Below are positions 61,020 through 64,000 of a stretch of 64,000 bases of DNA, in pieces. The DNA comes from Mobula hypostoma (taxonomy: Eukaryota), in NCBI RefSeq assembly GCF_963921235.1, contig NC_086097.1, positions 198,402,001 to 198,466,000 of the forward strand. The letters run 5' to 3'. The notes below the pieces were generated by a model. The model was not told the origin of the DNA and did not search any database. It saw only the letters and a program-made list of their open reading frames with translations. Both the position numbers and the translations under genes were made by a program. How positions within the stretch are numbered: the first letter of the stretch is position 1; every line of letters starts with the position of its first letter.

Positions 61020-61450
61020 TCTCTGCTCAGAGTAGAATGTTTAACTCAGGCAACTGATGTTCAGCCTGTGGAAAATCTGGCTGACCTGTTAGTACTGAGT
61101 GAGTGTTGTTAGCACTTTGATGTTGGGGAAGTTGGCTGGCAAAATAATGTTGATGTTTGTTCACTTATTGTGCAAGTTGCTTTAGAGGATTTTGCATGAA
61201 CAGTACTGATGTACTCCTCCAGGTTTGAGATCTATGCTGGACAGGGATTAAAGTTAGCTGATAGATTGTGAGCTTGTTTCCAAGGTTTGAGGTCTTCATT
61301 CTAAATGCATTTTTCATCAGATCACCAAAGGCTGTGGGATACATTGGAAGATGATCAATGTCTTTCGTGCTCAATATCTGCCTTCGCAGAGATGTTGTTC
61401 TTAAAAGGTGAAAATGGCCCATGTTTTCGGGGTCTCAGCATTTTCCAATT
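61020..61450 (-). mobile_element. RTE (BovB-like) RT C-terminal remnant
   Basis: Pieces ADI...TAFGDL...KLTIY...SQTW and ANFPNIK... resemble the RTE AFGRL...TKL.VY...ETW region. Confidence 0.6.
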
Positions 61451-62945
61451 TAACTTGTAGATTAGCTTGACTCTACTGGGAAGATTGTTGGCAGTGAAGT
61501 GCAATGTTGTGAGAAGAAGTTTAACACTGCCCTACTTGACTGCATTGGGATGAAGTCCTTACTGATCTGTAAGCATACTGAAGAAATGGTGATATCTACT
61601 GTGTTACAGTTGACATTTTATTTTGAATGCTATTAGTTACTCATAAATGGCAAAACTTCATGCCTATAGCTGAGTATGAAGAGTAAAGATCTCTGAAGTT
61701 ATAGCTAAATAAAGTATGGAAGAAGGATCTCAAGTAGTGAAGTTATTCATAAAGGTATGCCTTCCAGAATAACTAAATAAATAATCAAACTTAACTGCAT
61801 GGAAAAGATAGACATGAGTACCAACCCATTAGCTTATATTATTATAAATAAGGATTGATTAAAAGAAAAGACATTTTCAAAAGTGTTTAAGATCAAAAAC
61901 TCTCAACAAAGTTAAAAATTACTAAATTTTACATTAAAAAATTGAAGTCTTAAGCCTGGAAAAACAAGTTTTTAAAATCTACCCTAAGAAATAAACATTT
62001 AATGTACTAATATTGAGGCAATCGCACACCAGTTTCCTAATTAGCTAAATATTCATAGGTAAGTTTCATCCTGACTCAACTGTTTAGTGAATGTGCTGCT
62101 GCAGTTGAAAGCTGTTTCAGGACAACAAAACAAGATGATCAAACATTCCACAAATGTCTTCTGGATTGTAACTAACCCATTAAAAGGATACAGGGCAATA
62201 AAAATATGAATTGGAAAATAGAATGAACGTTTCCCATGAAAAAAAAGCCTTCCATATTACAGAAATTTAGGAAGTTCCATGTATATAATACAAACTGGAG
62301 ACAACACATGATGACAAGTCATGTGGTTCAACTCCATTTCCACCATAACATAAAGTCTTGCCAAAAGGACTAAATGAACACTACAGAGCCTAAACTTCAA
62401 TTGATACTTAGTTGCCTTAATTTGAAAATATCAAAATGGGGCTGTATATTTTACTATCTAAATTCTATCTTTGGTGCTCAAAATAGGAGTTGTAAATGTT
62501 ACATTAATTTTATGCAAGAACTATTATTATACTCTGCAGACTATTATTCAGGATCTCAACACAGGAGTCCATTACACTTTTAATTTCCTGAACTTCTAAG
62601 GTCTAGTTTGAAAAATATTTTAAATTGTCCCCTACCATTGTGATGTGTTGTATTAACCTACTGGGTCATTTATGGGATCTAGCATCCTGCAGTTTGGGCA
62701 CTTTATTTTAGGGTTGGGGAGAACGTGAAATCCATCTCAAGAGGAATGACTTGATTGAGTCTAATTTAGCAAAAAAACTAAACACTGTGAATAGACTGGG
62801 GGACAGAAGAAAACTTGCTCCTCCCCAGTGAAATCTGGTTTTGCCATGGTTGCAAGAAACACTAAGCAGTGGGAGTGAGAAGAGGCAATGAGTATTCATC
62901 CACATCTACACATCTTCCCCAAACCTGTAACAGTACGATATTCCA

Positions 62946-63678
62946 GCAAAACACACAAAATGCTGAGAAACTCAGCAAGCCAGGCAGCATTTATGGAAAA
63001 GAGTAAACAGTCAACATTTTGGGTTGAGACCCTTCATGGCGACTGGAGAAAAAAGATGAGGAGTCAGAGCAAGGTGGTGAGTGGAGGGGAAGAAGGAACA
63101 CAAGGTGAGAGGTGAAACCGGGAAGTGGGGGAGGGGTGGGTAAAGAGCTGCAAAGTTGATTTGTGAAAGAGATACAGGGCTGGAAAATGGAGATTCTGAT
63201 AGAAGAGGACCGAAGGCCATAGAGGAAAGAAAGGGGAGAGGAGCACCCGAGGGAGGTGATGTGCAGGTAAGGAGATAAGATGAGAGAGGGAAAAGTAAAT
63301 GGGGAATGGTGAAGGGGGGGCATTGCCAGAAGTTGGAGAAATCGAGAAATCGATGTTCATACAGTCAGGTTGGAGGCTATCCAGATGGAATATAAGGTGT
63401 TGCTGCTCCAACCTGAATATGGCTTCATCATGACAGTAGAGGAGGCCATGCACTGACATGTCGGAATGGGAATGGGAAGTCAAATTAAAATGGGTGGCCA
63501 CTGGAAGATTCTACTTTTTCTGGTGGGCAGAGTGTAGGTGCTCAGCAAAGAGGTCTCACAATCTACATCGGGTCTCAACAATATACAGGAAGCCACATTG
63601 GGAGCACCAGATATGGTAGATGACCCCAACAGTCTCACAGGTGAAGTGTTGCCTCACCTAGAAGGACTGTTTGGGGCC
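62946..63678 (-). mobile_element. Neptune-type PLE 3' end (GIY-YIG)
   Basis: VATHFNLTSHSHSDMSVHGLLYCHDEA...LQPDCMNIDFS. Decayed hammerhead at 63008-63045. Confidence 0.9.
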
Positions 63679-64000
63679 ATAAGACCATAAGATATAGGAG
63701 CAGAAGTAGGTCATTCAGCCCATCAAGTCTGCTTCACCATTCAATTCTTCCAGACACCCCCACTCCCCTGAATAAAGAACCTATCTAGCTCTGCCTTAAA
63801 TGCTCCACAGCGGCTCGTAGCAACAAATTCCAGAGATTTACCACCCTCTGACTAAAGTAATTTCTTCATATTTCTGTTCTAAATGGACGTCCTTCAATCC
63901 TGAAGTCATGCTCTCTTGTCCTTGACTCCCCTACAATGGGAAATACTGTCATATTGAATCTGTTCAGGCCTTTTAACATGTGGAATGTTTCTAGGAGGTC
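63678..64000 (-). mobile_element. CR1 3' end
   Basis: (TCTTATGG)n tail and CR1 RT C-terminus. Runs off the window. Confidence 0.88.

Noticed and set aside
1..64000. Minus-strand excess of retroelements implying an intron of a plus-strand gene, and PLE preference for LINE 3' ends
   Set aside because: The counts are small, a full-length L1 is on plus, and LINE 3' ends are simply abundant targets; not supportable from one window.

Overview
This is repeat-saturated, AT-rich vertebrate non-coding DNA. The repeat mix suggests a cartilaginous fish, probably a ray; that is inference, not established. I found no host protein-coding exon, tRNA, rRNA or CRISPR array. Nearly every ORF in the track is a transposon remnant, an antisense shadow of one, or a junction chimera. 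The window holds: many CR1 and Rex1/Babar-type LINE fragments; one full-length but disabled L1 and one 5'-inverted L1; Penelope-like elements (PLEs) of two families, one copy a single frameshift from an intact RT/GIY-YIG ORF; two Tc1 elements; nested hAT elements; several solo-LTR-like insertions; a Deu-domain SINE; and an RTE remnant. Family names come from my recognition of protein motifs and termini, not from database searches. The strongest hidden signal is RNA structure. Both PLE families carry a minimal type I hammerhead ribozyme motif (CUGANGA-A-stem II-GAAACGUC) in their terminal repeat. Five insertions share an asymmetric two-armed inverted architecture; in the four cleanest, only one arm has a 34-38 nt tail and the TSD is 12-14 bp. 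Other leads are an ORF-less, CpG-rich bipartite LINE derivative, a cryptic LTR-like insertion that splits a Tc1, and an unexplained perfect 19-bp hairpin.
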